A stretch of 32,000 bases of DNA from assembly GCF_000007145.1 (NCBI RefSeq), contig NC_003902.1:490325-522324 (forward strand). Direction: 5' to 3'. The position numbers and the translations under genes were made by a program. Positions 9,249 through 19,200 of the stretch are shown one piece after another. This DNA comes from Xanthomonas campestris pv. campestris str. ATCC 33913 (GTDB taxonomy: Bacteria > Pseudomonadota > Gammaproteobacteria > Xanthomonadales > Xanthomonadaceae). The notes beneath the pieces were generated by a model, which saw only the letters and a list, made by a program, of their open reading frames with translations, was not told where the DNA came from and ran no database searches. The first letter of the stretch is position 1. The number at the start of each line of letters is the position of its first letter.

Positions 9249-11863
9249 TTCCCCTTCGCGCCACCGCCCGCCTGCAGCTGCATGCCGGTTTCACCCTGCA
9301 CGACGCGCTTGCGCAGGTGCCGTACTACGCCGGGCTGGGCATCAGCCATCTGTACCTGTCGCCGATCGGCACTGCGGTGTCGGGCTCTACGCACGGCTAC
9401 GACAACATCGACCCCACGGTGGTTAACCCGGAACTGGGCGGCGAAGACGCACTGGTGGCGCTGTCACAGGCCGCACGCGCGCACGACATGGGCCTGATCG
9501 CCGACATCGTGCCCAACCACATGGCCACGCACGCGCAGAACGCGTGGTGGTGGGATGTGCTGCGCAACGGCCGCAGCGCCAAGCACGCCGACTGGTTCGA
9601 CATCGATTGGCGCGCCCCGGGCCGCGACGGCAAGCTTTGGCTGGCGGTGCTCGACCGGCCCTATGCCAACGCATTGGCCGACGGCCTGATCACGCTGGTG
9701 CTGGACGACGACGGCACGCCCGCGCTGGCGCATTACGACCAGCGCTACCCGATCCGTCCGCAGGCCCTCGACGTGCCGGAAGCCTCGGCGCGCGCGCAGT
9801 GGCTGCGTGACTACAACGACGGCGCCAAGCGCGGCGACGGCCGCCTGCACAAGTTGATCGAACGCCAGCCTTACCGCCTGAACTGGTGGCGCGTGGGCAA
9901 CGACATGCTCAACTACCGCCGCTTCTTCGACATCACCTCGCTGGTGGCGCTGCGGGTGGAGCTGCCGGCAGTGTTCGACGCGGTGCATGCGCTGCCGCTG
10001 CGGCTGGTGGCCGAAGGCCATCTGGACGGCCTGCGCATCGACCATGTCGATGGCCTCACCGATCCCACCGGCTACGTGCGCAAGCTGCGCAGCCGGCTGG
10101 ATGCGGCTGGCCGCCAGCGCGGGCTCAAGCCCGGCAGCCTGGGCCTGTACCTGGAAAAGATCCTCGCCCCCGGCGAGCACCTGCCGGCCGACTGGCCGTG
10201 CGACGGCACCACCGGCTATGACTTCATGGACCAGGTGGGCGGCGTGCTGCACGACGCGGCCGGCTTCAAGCCGCTGGCGCGCGCCTGGCAGAAGGTGAGC
10301 GGGCGCAGTGGCGACTTTGCGCAGGAAGAACGCAGCGCACGCGATGAGATGCTGCGCGGCTCGCTGCAGACCGAGTTCAATCGCGCGGTGGGTGCGTTGT
10401 CGGCCCTGGCGCGGCTGGATCCGCCCACCCGTGAGTTCAGCCCGCAGATGCTGGCACGTGGGCTGTGCGTGCTGCTGCGCTGGTTCCCGGTGTACCGCAC
10501 CTATGCCGGCGCCAAGGGCCTGATCGGTGCCGATGCGCAGCGCCTGCGCAGCACCGCCGCGCGCGCGCGCCAGGGCATGCCCGAGGCGATCGTGGCGGCG
10601 GTGGATGCCATCGAGCGCTGGCTGCTGGACGACAACGGCGCCGACCGCGCGCAGATCGCGCTGCGCCGCATCCTGCGCCGCCGGGTGGAGCAGTTGTCGG
10701 CCCCGCTCAATGCCAAGGCCGTGGAAGACACCGCGTTTTACCGCCACGGCGTGTTGTTGTCGCGCAACGAGGTCGGCAGCCATCCGACCCATTTCGCCAA
10801 TGACATCGCGCAGTTCCACGCGCAGAACCAGGAGCGCGCCAAGCACTACCCGCGCGCGCTGCTGGCCACCGCCACGCATGACCACAAGCGCGGCGAAGAC
10901 CTGCGCATGCGCATGGCGGTGTTGTCCGAACAACCGCGCTGGTGGGTGGAGCAGAGCACGCAGTTCGATGCGCTGACCGAGTCGCTGGAGGCACCGGCCC
11001 TGGCCGGCGGCGACCAGCAGATGCTGTGGCAGACCCTGGTGGCTGCCTGGCCGATTGGGTTGGGCGCCGACCAGGCCGAGCCGCTGGCCGCGTTTGCCGA
11101 GCGCGTGGCGCAGTGGCTGCTCAAGGCCGTGCGCGAAGCCAAGCTGCACACCAGCTGGACCGATGGCTCGCCCGATTACGAACAGGCCGTGCAGGCCACC
11201 GTGGAGCAGGTGCTGTGCAGCCGCGCCGGCCTGCCGCTGCGCCGCGCGCTGTTGCGCGCCAGCAACCACATCGCCGCCGCTGGTGCGCGCAACGCGTTGG
11301 CGCAGACCACGCTGCGCCTCACCGTGCCCGGCGTGCCCGATCTGTACCAGGGCACCGAAGGCTGGGATCTGTCGCTGGTGGACCCGGACAACCGCCGCCC
11401 GGTGGACTACGCCCAGCGCCAGCAATGGCTGACGCTGCGCCGCGACTGGCATGCGCTGCTGCGCAGCTGGCGCGATGGCGCGGTCAAGGCGCGCCTCACC
11501 GCGGTGCTGCTGCAACTGCGCGCCGCGCATCCGGCGCTGTTCGCGCAAGGCGACTACCAGCCCTTGAACGTAGCCACCGGCACGCAGGCGCAAGTGATCG
11601 CCTTCCGCCGCCAGCATCGTGGCCAAGCGTTGATCGTGGCCGTCACCCGGCTGGGTGCCGGTGAGCAGGCATCTGGCGAGCTGCCGCTGCTGGTGCCGCC
11701 GGCGGAATGGGGCAACGCGGCGCTGGCCGTGCCGGATGGGGCGTATCGCAATGTGCTCGATGGCAGCACACTGCAGCCCCAGCGCGGGCGTCTTGCGCTG
11801 TCCACGCTATTTGCACGCTCCCCGGTGGCAGTGTTGCTGACCCCCTCAGAGGAAACACGATGA
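9245..11863 (+). CDS. treY: Malto-oligosyltrehalose synthase (GH13)
   Basis: Start at ATG 9245 (MIPLRATARLQLHAGFTLHDALAQVPYYAGLGISHLYLSPI), overlapping the malQ stop as ATGA. Motifs: DIVPNHMA, GLRIDHVDGL, TTGYDFM, ATATHDHKRGEDLRMR. 872 aa. Confidence 0.9.
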   Translation: MIPLRATARLQLHAGFTLHDALAQVPYYAGLGISHLYLSPIGTAVSGSTHGYDNIDPTVVNPELGGEDALVALSQAARAHDMGLIADIVPNHMATHAQNAWWWDVLRNGRSAKHADWFDIDWRAPGRDGKLWLAVLDRPYANALADGLITLVLDDDGTPALAHYDQRYPIRPQALDVPEASARAQWLRDYNDGAKRGDGRLHKLIERQPYRLNWWRVGNDMLNYRRFFDITSLVALRVELPAVFDAVHALPLRLVAEGHLDGLRIDHVDGLTDPTGYVRKLRSRLDAAGRQRGLKPGSLGLYLEKILAPGEHLPADWPCDGTTGYDFMDQVGGVLHDAAGFKPLARAWQKVSGRSGDFAQEERSARDEMLRGSLQTEFNRAVGALSALARLDPPTREFSPQMLARGLCVLLRWFPVYRTYAGAKGLIGADAQRLRSTAARARQGMPEAIVAAVDAIERWLLDDNGADRAQIALRRILRRRVEQLSAPLNAKAVEDTAFYRHGVLLSRNEVGSHPTHFANDIAQFHAQNQERAKHYPRALLATATHDHKRGEDLRMRMAVLSEQPRWWVEQSTQFDALTESLEAPALAGGDQQMLWQTLVAAWPIGLGADQAEPLAAFAERVAQWLLKAVREAKLHTSWTDGSPDYEQAVQATVEQVLCSRAGLPLRRALLRASNHIAAAGARNALAQTTLRLTVPGVPDLYQGTEGWDLSLVDPDNRRPVDYAQRQQWLTLRRDWHALLRSWRDGAVKARLTAVLLQLRAAHPALFAQGDYQPLNVATGTQAQVIAFRRQHRGQALIVAVTRLGAGEQASGELPLLVPPAEWGNAALAVPDGAYRNVLDGSTLQPQRGRLALSTLFARSPVAVLLTPSEETR

Positions 11864-12048
11864 ACGACACGCAGCGCCAGGCACGCCTCCGTCAGCTGGC
11901 ACAGGAAATATGGGAGGCCGAAGGCCGCCCGGACGGGCATGCCGACCGCCACTGGGCCATGGCCGAGCGCCTGGTGGAGGCAGAAATTCGCGCCGCCGAG
12001 CAGGGCGCCGCTGCGCCCGCCGGCCCGCGTATCGTTGCATCGTCGTAA
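11860..12048 (+). CDS. Small DUF2934-like protein (62 aa)
   Basis: ATG 11860 overlaps the treY stop as ATGA. MNDTQRQARLRQLAQEIWEAEGRPDGHADRHWAMAERLVEAE matches my memory of the DUF2934 signature (R..A..IWE..GRP.G....HW..AE..L). The family name needs an HMM check. Confidence 0.65.
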   Translation: MNDTQRQARLRQLAQEIWEAEGRPDGHADRHWAMAERLVEAEIRAAEQGAAAPAGPRIVASS

Positions 12049-12090
12049 TCGCGTTCCCGTATTCGTTCACCGCGTTCTAAGGAGTCACCG

Positions 12091-14253
<2,163 letters not shown>

Positions 14254-14269
14254 TGGCGGGGGCGCACTG

Positions 14270-14902
14270 ATGGACGTGTTGTTGGCAGGGGCGACCGGTC
14301 TGGTCGGAAAACATGTCCTGCAGCAATTGCTGGCGGATGCGCGTTGCACCGGCGTGGTGGCGATCACGCGCCGGCCGTTGACGCAGATCCACCCCAAGCT
14401 GCGCAACCAGGTCATCGACTTCGAACGCCTGGACAGCTGGACCGCACCGCACATGGAAGCGGCCATCTGCGCGCTGGGCAGCACCATGAAACAGGCCGGC
14501 TCGCGCGAGGCGTTTTATCGCATCGACCATGACTACCCGATGGCGATCGCGCGCGCCGCCTGCGCGCAAGGCACCTCAGTGTTCGTGCTCAACTCGGCAG
14601 CCGGCGCCAATGCCGATTCGCGGATCTTCTACAACCGCGTCAAAGGCGAACTGGAACGCGACCTGCGCGCCGTGGGATTCCCTTCGCTGACCTTCGTGCG
14701 CCCAGGCCTGATCGGCGGCGAACGCGAAGAGCGCCGCACTGGCGAGCACCTCGGCAGCCTGGTGCTCGGCGCCCTGGGCCCCCTCCTGCCACGCCGCTTG
14801 CGCATCAACCCCGCCGACCGCATCGCCGCCGCCATGGTGAGCGCCGCGCTGGCACCAGCGCGCGGCGAGCACAGCGTTGGCGCCGCGGACCTGGCTGGTT
14901 GA
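14270..14902 (+). CDS. NAD(P)H-binding oxidoreductase (atypical SDR, YbjT/HTATIP2-like)
   Basis: Start at ATG 14270 (MDVLLAGATGLVGKHVL...), which gives an N-terminal GxxGxxG Rossmann motif. The track ORF from 14048 overlaps the glgX 3' end. 210 aa. Confidence 0.8.
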   Translation: MDVLLAGATGLVGKHVLQQLLADARCTGVVAITRRPLTQIHPKLRNQVIDFERLDSWTAPHMEAAICALGSTMKQAGSREAFYRIDHDYPMAIARAACAQGTSVFVLNSAAGANADSRIFYNRVKGELERDLRAVGFPSLTFVRPGLIGGEREERRTGEHLGSLVLGALGPLLPRRLRINPADRIAAAMVSAALAPARGEHSVGAADLAG

Positions 14903-14930
14903 GCAAACGGCGGCGCCAGCGACAGCACCC

Positions 14931-14998
14931 GTAGGAGCGCGCTCGCGCGCGATGAAGCGTTACCGGTGAAGCCTCATCACGCGCGAGCACGCTCCTAC
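14931..14998. repeat. REPIN-like palindrome H1
   Basis: GTAGGAGCGCGCTCGCGCGCGATGAAGC..ACCGGT..GCCTCATCACGCGCGAGCACGCTCCTAC: a near-perfect 68-nt hairpin centred on ACCGGT. Confidence 0.88.
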
Positions 14999-15112
14999 AA
15001 ATTCTCGTGCAGAGCAGTTCCAGCGCAAGTGCGCGCAAGTCTCGCCGACGCCGTAATGGCCCGCCACACATCACGCTGCACACCATCCGCCGCATTGCGA
15101 ACCCCGCGCGTC

Positions 15113-15178
15113 GTAGGAGCGCGCTCGCGCGCGATGGGCTTTACCGGTAACGCCTCATCGCGCGCAAGCGCGCTCTAC
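15113..15178. repeat. REPIN-like palindrome H2
   Basis: GTAGGAGCGCGCTCGCGCGCGATGGGCTTTACCGGTAACGCCTCATCGCGCGCAAGCGCGCTCTAC, with one base missing in the right arm. Confidence 0.88.
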
Positions 15179-15292
15179 AAATTCTCGTGCAGAGCAGTTC
15201 CAGCGCAAGTACGCGCAGGCCCTTGCCGACGCTGTAATGGCACGCCACACAGCACGCTGCACATCATCCGCCGCATGCGAACCCCGCGCGTC

Positions 15293-15359
15293 GTAGGAGC
15301 GCGCTCGTGCGCGATGGGCATCACCGGTAATGCCTCATCGCGCGCAAGCGCGCTCCTAC
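15293..15359. repeat. REPIN-like palindrome H3
   Basis: GTAGGAGCGCGCTCGTGCGCGATGGGCATCACCGGTAATGCCTCATCGCGCGCAAGCGCGCTCCTAC. Confidence 0.88.
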
Positions 15360-15464
15360 GACTCCGCGCGCAGAAGAAATCTCGTGCACGCATGCGCTGC
15401 CTAGGCTGTATCGCAGGCCAGATCAAAGCGCCCACGATCTGCAGCCATACGCAGTCCGCTGTCT

Positions 15465-15531
15465 GTAGGAGCGCGCTCGCGCGCGATGGGCTTTACCGGT
15501 AACGCCTCATCGCGCGCAAGCGCGCTCCTAC
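15465..15531. repeat. REPIN-like palindrome H4
   Basis: GTAGGAGCGCGCTCGCGCGCGATGGGCTTTACCGGTAACGCCTCATCGCGCGCAAGCGCGCTCCTAC. Confidence 0.88.
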
Positions 15532-15636
15532 GACTCCGCGCGCAGAAGAAATCTCGTGCACGCATGCGCTGCCTAGGCTGTATCGCACGCCAGATCAAAG
15601 CGCCCACGATCTGCAGCCATACGCAGTCCGCTGTCT

Positions 15637-15704
15637 GTAGGAGCGTGCTTGCGCGCGATGAGGCATCACCGGTAACGCCTCATCGCGCGCAAGCGCGCTC
15701 CTAC
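15637..15704. repeat. REPIN-like palindrome H5
   Basis: GTAGGAGCGTGCTTGCGCGCGATGAGGCATCACCGGTAACGCCTCATCGCGCGCAAGCGCGCTCCTAC. It lies 50 nt beyond the stop of the minus-strand SDR gene and could double as its terminator. Confidence 0.88.
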
Positions 15705-15754
15705 CAGGCCATCAAACACACGTGGCTCGAAACACGCAGCCACACACCACGCCC

Positions 15755-16513
15755 TCACACCCCCAGCGACTGCCCGCCATCCACTGCCAGCACCTGCCCT
15801 GTGATCCAGCGTGCCTGTGGCGAGGCCAGGAATAGCGCGGCGTCGGCAATATGCTGCACCTGCCCGAAGCCGCCGAACGGAATGCTGTCGCGGATGCGTG
15901 CATACAACGCCGGTTCGTCGCGGCTGCGTTGTTCCCACAGCCCGCCGGGGAATTCGATCGAGCCGGGTGCGATCGCGTTGACGCGGATACGTTCGCGCGC
16001 CAGCTCGGCGGCCAGCGTGGTGGTGTAGTAGTTGAGCGCGGCCTTGGCGGTGGAATAGGCGATCGCGCGCGGGGTGGGGCGCTGGCCGTTGATCGAGCTG
16101 ATGTTGAGAATCACCGCATTGCCACTCTGGCGCAGATACGGCACTGCGGCGCGGTTGCAGCGCACCGCGGCCATCAGGTCGACATCCAGGCCGGCTTGCC
16201 AGCTTTCGTCGTCATTGCCGTGCCCGTAGCCGGAGGCGTTGTTGACCACCACGTCCAGGCCGCCAAACGCCTGCGCAGCGGCATGCACATAGCGCTCGAT
16301 CTGCGCGGCGTCGGCCAGGTCGCAGGCAAACGTATGCACCGGCGCTCCGTCCGCCGCGAGCTGGGCAGCGGCATTTGCCAGGCCTTCGGGATTGCGTGCG
16401 CACAGCGAAACCTGCGCGCCGCTTTGGACAAAGGCCTGCGCAATCGCCAGCCCGATCCCGCGGCTGCCGCCGGCGATCAGCACGCGTTGCGGTTGTGGGG
16501 GAGGTGTGGACAT
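15755..16513 (-). CDS. Short-chain dehydrogenase/reductase (classical SDR)
   Basis: 252 aa. Motifs: LIAGGSRGIGLAIA (TGxxxGxG-type), VVNNASG (NNAG), YSTAKAAL (YxxxK). Confidence 0.88.
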   Translation of the reverse strand: MSTPPPQPQRVLIAGGSRGIGLAIAQAFVQSGAQVSLCARNPEGLANAAAQLAADGAPVHTFACDLADAAQIERYVHAAAQAFGGLDVVVNNASGYGHGNDDESWQAGLDVDLMAAVRCNRAAVPYLRQSGNAVILNISSINGQRPTPRAIAYSTAKAALNYYTTTLAAELARERIRVNAIAPGSIEFPGGLWEQRSRDEPALYARIRDSIPFGGFGQVQHIADAALFLASPQARWITGQVLAVDGGQSLGV

Positions 16514-16842
16514 GGCGACACTCGCATTGGTAAAGCCGCATTATCGATCACCGCCCTGCCAGCCACTATGCACTTACGCCACTGCGGCCGGCAGCAACCG
16601 CGCGGAGTGATTCTGCGCAGCACGGCGCTGCACTGCGATCGGCGTGCCATGACGCAGCAGCTTTCCCAGGCAGTGCCCGCTGTCATCTGACTGCAACCCG
16701 TCGTGCGTGACCCGCGCAGCGCAATCCTCATCACCAAGCGGCATGTGCTCATGCGCAATCGCATGCGCGCCACTAACCATTTGTTTACACACCGCCGCAG
16801 CGCTGCGGGCACAACGTGCAGGTCTTCGAGCGGGAACTGCAC

Positions 16843-18252
16843 ATGGAAACCCACATCACGGTCATCGGCGCCGGCTTCTGCGGCAGTGTGCTGGTGCGCG
16901 CACTGGCGCAGGGCGCCGACGCGCAGGTACGCATCACGCTGGTGGGTGTGGCCGAGACCTTCGGCAGCGGCATCGCCTACGGCGCTGCACGGCCGGAGCA
17001 TCTGCTCAACGTGCGTGCCAAGGACCTGGGCATCGATGCCCAGGCCCCGGCAGCCTTTGCCGACACGCTGCACCTGGGCGAATCGGGACGGCTGGAATTT
17101 CTGCCGCGGCTGGCCTATGGCGACTATCTGCGTAGCGAGCTGGATACGGCAATCGGCGCGGCGCAGGCGTCAATTGTGCGGTTGTCGCAGGAAGCGGTGG
17201 CAGTGGAGCGCGCGCGGCGGGGTTTTCGTGTGTTCCTGGCCAATGGCGATGCGTTCCAGACCGACCAGGTGGTGCTCGCGGTGGGCGCGTTGCAGCCGCA
17301 GGCACTGGCCGGCATCGGGCCGCGTTTGAGCGTGCACCCGCGCTACATCGGCTGGCCGTGGCAGGGCGATGCGTTGTCGCGGTTGTCCCCCGACGATGAC
17401 GTGCTGATCGTTGGTACCGGCCTGACCATGGTGGACGTGGCGCTGAGCTTGCACGCACGTGGCCACCGCGGCCGCCTGCTGGCGATCTCGCGGCGCGGCC
17501 TGGCACCGCAGGCGCATCTACGCCAGCCAGGTGCGGCATTGGAGCTGCCGCCGCATCTGCAACGAGCCATCAAGGATGCCGATCTGCGCGCCCTGTTGCG
17601 TGGCGTGCGCCAACTGAGCGTGGTGGTGGACGATTGGCGGCGCGTGGTGGATGCGCTGCGCCCGCATCTGCAGCCGCTCTGGCAACGTTTGGAGCTAAGC
17701 CAACGCGCGCGCTTTCTACGCCATTTGCGCCCGTATTGGGAAGTGGCGCGGCACCGCGTGGCACCAGGCGCGGCCGATCAATTGGCGCAGCTGCAAGACA
17801 GCGGGCAGCTGCAGGTGGTGGCGGCGCGGCTGCTGCGTGCGCGCTGGGTGCCGGACGGTGTGGAAGCGGTGATCCGTCCACGCGGGGGCGCCGATGCGCA
17901 GACCCGCCGTTTCGATGCGGTGGTGCGCGCCACCGGGCTGGATACCGACATCGACCGCACCAGCGACCCCTTGATCGCCGGCATGCGCGAAGCCGGCTTG
18001 CTGCGGGCAGATCCGCTTGGCCTGGGCGTGGATACCGACGCGCAACTGCGCGTGCGCGATGGCGCCGGTCAGGTGGTGCCGGGGCTGTATTGCGTGGGGC
18101 CGCTGCTGCGTGGGCGCTATTGGGAAATCACGGCGGTGCCGGAATTGCGTGTTGCCACGCGCGCGTTGGCCGAGCGTTTGCTGCAGGGCGCAACGCCTGC
18201 GTTACAGCCGCAGCCCGACGTCACACCGCGCGAGGTCAACGCAAGACCGTAA
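16843..18252 (+). CDS. FAD/NAD(P)-binding domain protein of unknown function
   Basis: METHITVIGAGFCGSVLVRAL gives an N-terminal GxGxxG dinucleotide fold. A second fold is at VLIVGTGLTMVDVA. ATG 16843 is preferred to the GTG at 16816 used by the ORF track, but the start is uncertain. Confidence 0.8.
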   Translation: METHITVIGAGFCGSVLVRALAQGADAQVRITLVGVAETFGSGIAYGAARPEHLLNVRAKDLGIDAQAPAAFADTLHLGESGRLEFLPRLAYGDYLRSELDTAIGAAQASIVRLSQEAVAVERARRGFRVFLANGDAFQTDQVVLAVGALQPQALAGIGPRLSVHPRYIGWPWQGDALSRLSPDDDVLIVGTGLTMVDVALSLHARGHRGRLLAISRRGLAPQAHLRQPGAALELPPHLQRAIKDADLRALLRGVRQLSVVVDDWRRVVDALRPHLQPLWQRLELSQRARFLRHLRPYWEVARHRVAPGAADQLAQLQDSGQLQVVAARLLRARWVPDGVEAVIRPRGGADAQTRRFDAVVRATGLDTDIDRTSDPLIAGMREAGLLRADPLGLGVDTDAQLRVRDGAGQVVPGLYCVGPLLRGRYWEITAVPELRVATRALAERLLQGATPALQPQPDVTPREVNARP

Positions 18253-18574
18253 GGTCTGCGCCGGCTGCCGCCACGCGCGTGCAGTGAGATGTCAGGCGGA
18301 TCAATGTTGCGGCCCTGACAGCGGTGCGATGCGGCAAGGGTGGGCATCGCATTCGTCAGTTGGCTGGCAACGCCATGTACAGCCTCTGCGCGCATGGGCA
18401 TAGCCGCGGATGTGGATCGGATGCGCACTTTTGCGCAGCCGTCGCCAAACAGCGCAAACATGCCGCGTGATGCGTAGCGCACTGCACTGCTGCAGACAGC
18501 ACTGGGTCACGTTGTGGGCCCTGGATTGCCTAGAGTCCAGGCCGCTTCATTCCCCTGTCTGCCTGGAGCTTGCC

Positions 18575-19006
18575 ATGTTTCGTCCCGCATCTATCGCCGT
18601 GACCGCCGCGCTGTGCGCCTGCGCGCTGCCCGCCCTCGCCAGTGAAACCCTCAACAGCCGCACCGACGTGCTTGCCGCACTGGAAGCCGGCTACGACGTC
18701 AGCGTGAGCACGGACCTGAGCCGCTGCACACCGGAAGAGGGCACGCCGGTGAGCCGTACGCGTGGCGGTCGCCATATCGATGCGTATCGCATCACCGAGG
18801 ACGGCAACGTGGCCTTCTCCGGCGCGCATTTCACCGTGGCCAACGACGGCAAGCCGATTCAGCAGTTCATGCGTTATCAGCTGCGCCCGGATGGCAGCGT
18901 GCGTTTCACCACTTACATGTACGACCTGCCCGGTTTGCAGCAGCGCGGCCCGGTACTGGCCTATCAGTGCGCGTTCAATGAGGGTGCGCGTTTCCACGCG
19001 GATTGA
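18575..19006 (+). CDS. Small secreted protein, possibly VirK family
   Basis: Start at ATG 18575 with GGAG 8 nt upstream. Sec signal MFRPASIAVTAALCACALPALA/SE. The mature part (..VSVSTDLSRCTPEEG..GGRHIDAYRI..VAFSGAHFTV..) resembles my memory of VirK-type proteins of plant-associated bacteria. The family call is tentative. Confidence 0.6.
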   Translation: MFRPASIAVTAALCACALPALASETLNSRTDVLAALEAGYDVSVSTDLSRCTPEEGTPVSRTRGGRHIDAYRITEDGNVAFSGAHFTVANDGKPIQQFMRYQLRPDGSVRFTTYMYDLPGLQQRGPVLAYQCAFNEGARFHAD

Positions 19007-19080
19007 AGCGCTCGCGCGTGCTGCTAAAAAGGCGCGCTGGTTTGTTGACCTGCTGCAAGCAGGCGCCTTTGCGCCGCGCA

Positions 19081-19108
19081 CGGAGCACGGCTGCTAACGC
19101 GTGCTCCG
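19081..19108. terminator. GC-rich hairpin in a convergent intergenic region (possible factor-independent or bidirectional terminator)
   Basis: CGGAGCACG-(10 nt)-CGTGCTCCG, a perfect 9-bp stem. A second small hairpin, CCTGCT-GCA-AGCAGG, is at about 19047-19061. Neither strand has a U-run, so function is uncertain. Confidence 0.3.
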
Positions 19109-19112
19109 CTAC

Positions 19113-19136
19113 CACCCTGCACCCTGCACCCTGCAC
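19113..19136. repeat. Heptanucleotide microsatellite (CACCCTG)x3 plus a partial unit
   Basis: Read directly: caccctg caccctg caccctg cac. It lies in the intergenic region between the VirK-like gene and the outer membrane factor gene. Confidence 0.85.
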
Positions 19137-19200
19137 GCAACCACAGCACAGGCACCGGCAGCGCTATCGCCCTGCACGGCCCGTGACCGTACGCGCAGTC

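Larger units (their letters stand above)
14931..15704. repeat. Array of five GTAG...CTAC palindromic REP doublets (REPIN-like) separated by two pairs of duplicated spacers
   Basis: It fills the convergent intergenic region between 14902 and 15755. Layout is H1-A1-H2-A2-H3-B1-H4-B2-H5. Spacers A1 (14999-15112) and A2 (15179-15292) are 114 nt each and roughly 90% identical. Spacers B1 (15360-15464) and B2 (15532-15636) are 105 nt each and differ at one base (15416 g vs 15588 c). Confidence 0.9.

Noticed and set aside
14931-15704. Regular repeat-spacer periodicity that superficially resembles a CRISPR array
   Set aside because: The repeats are ~67-nt full palindromes with a GTAG/CTAC head, far longer than CRISPR repeats. 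The spacers are 105-114 nt and occur in duplicated pairs instead of being unique. No cas genes or leader are nearby. A REP/REPIN cluster explains it better.
16574-16792. 72-aa minus-strand ORF in the SDR / FAD-protein divergent intergenic region
   Set aside because: It has a GTG start with no SD (the internal ATG also lacks one). Third-position GC is lower than in neighbouring genes. No recognisable motif is present. Most likely this is promoter/leader DNA, and a 14-nt perfect palindrome CCGCAGCGCTGCGG at 16795-16808 lies here.
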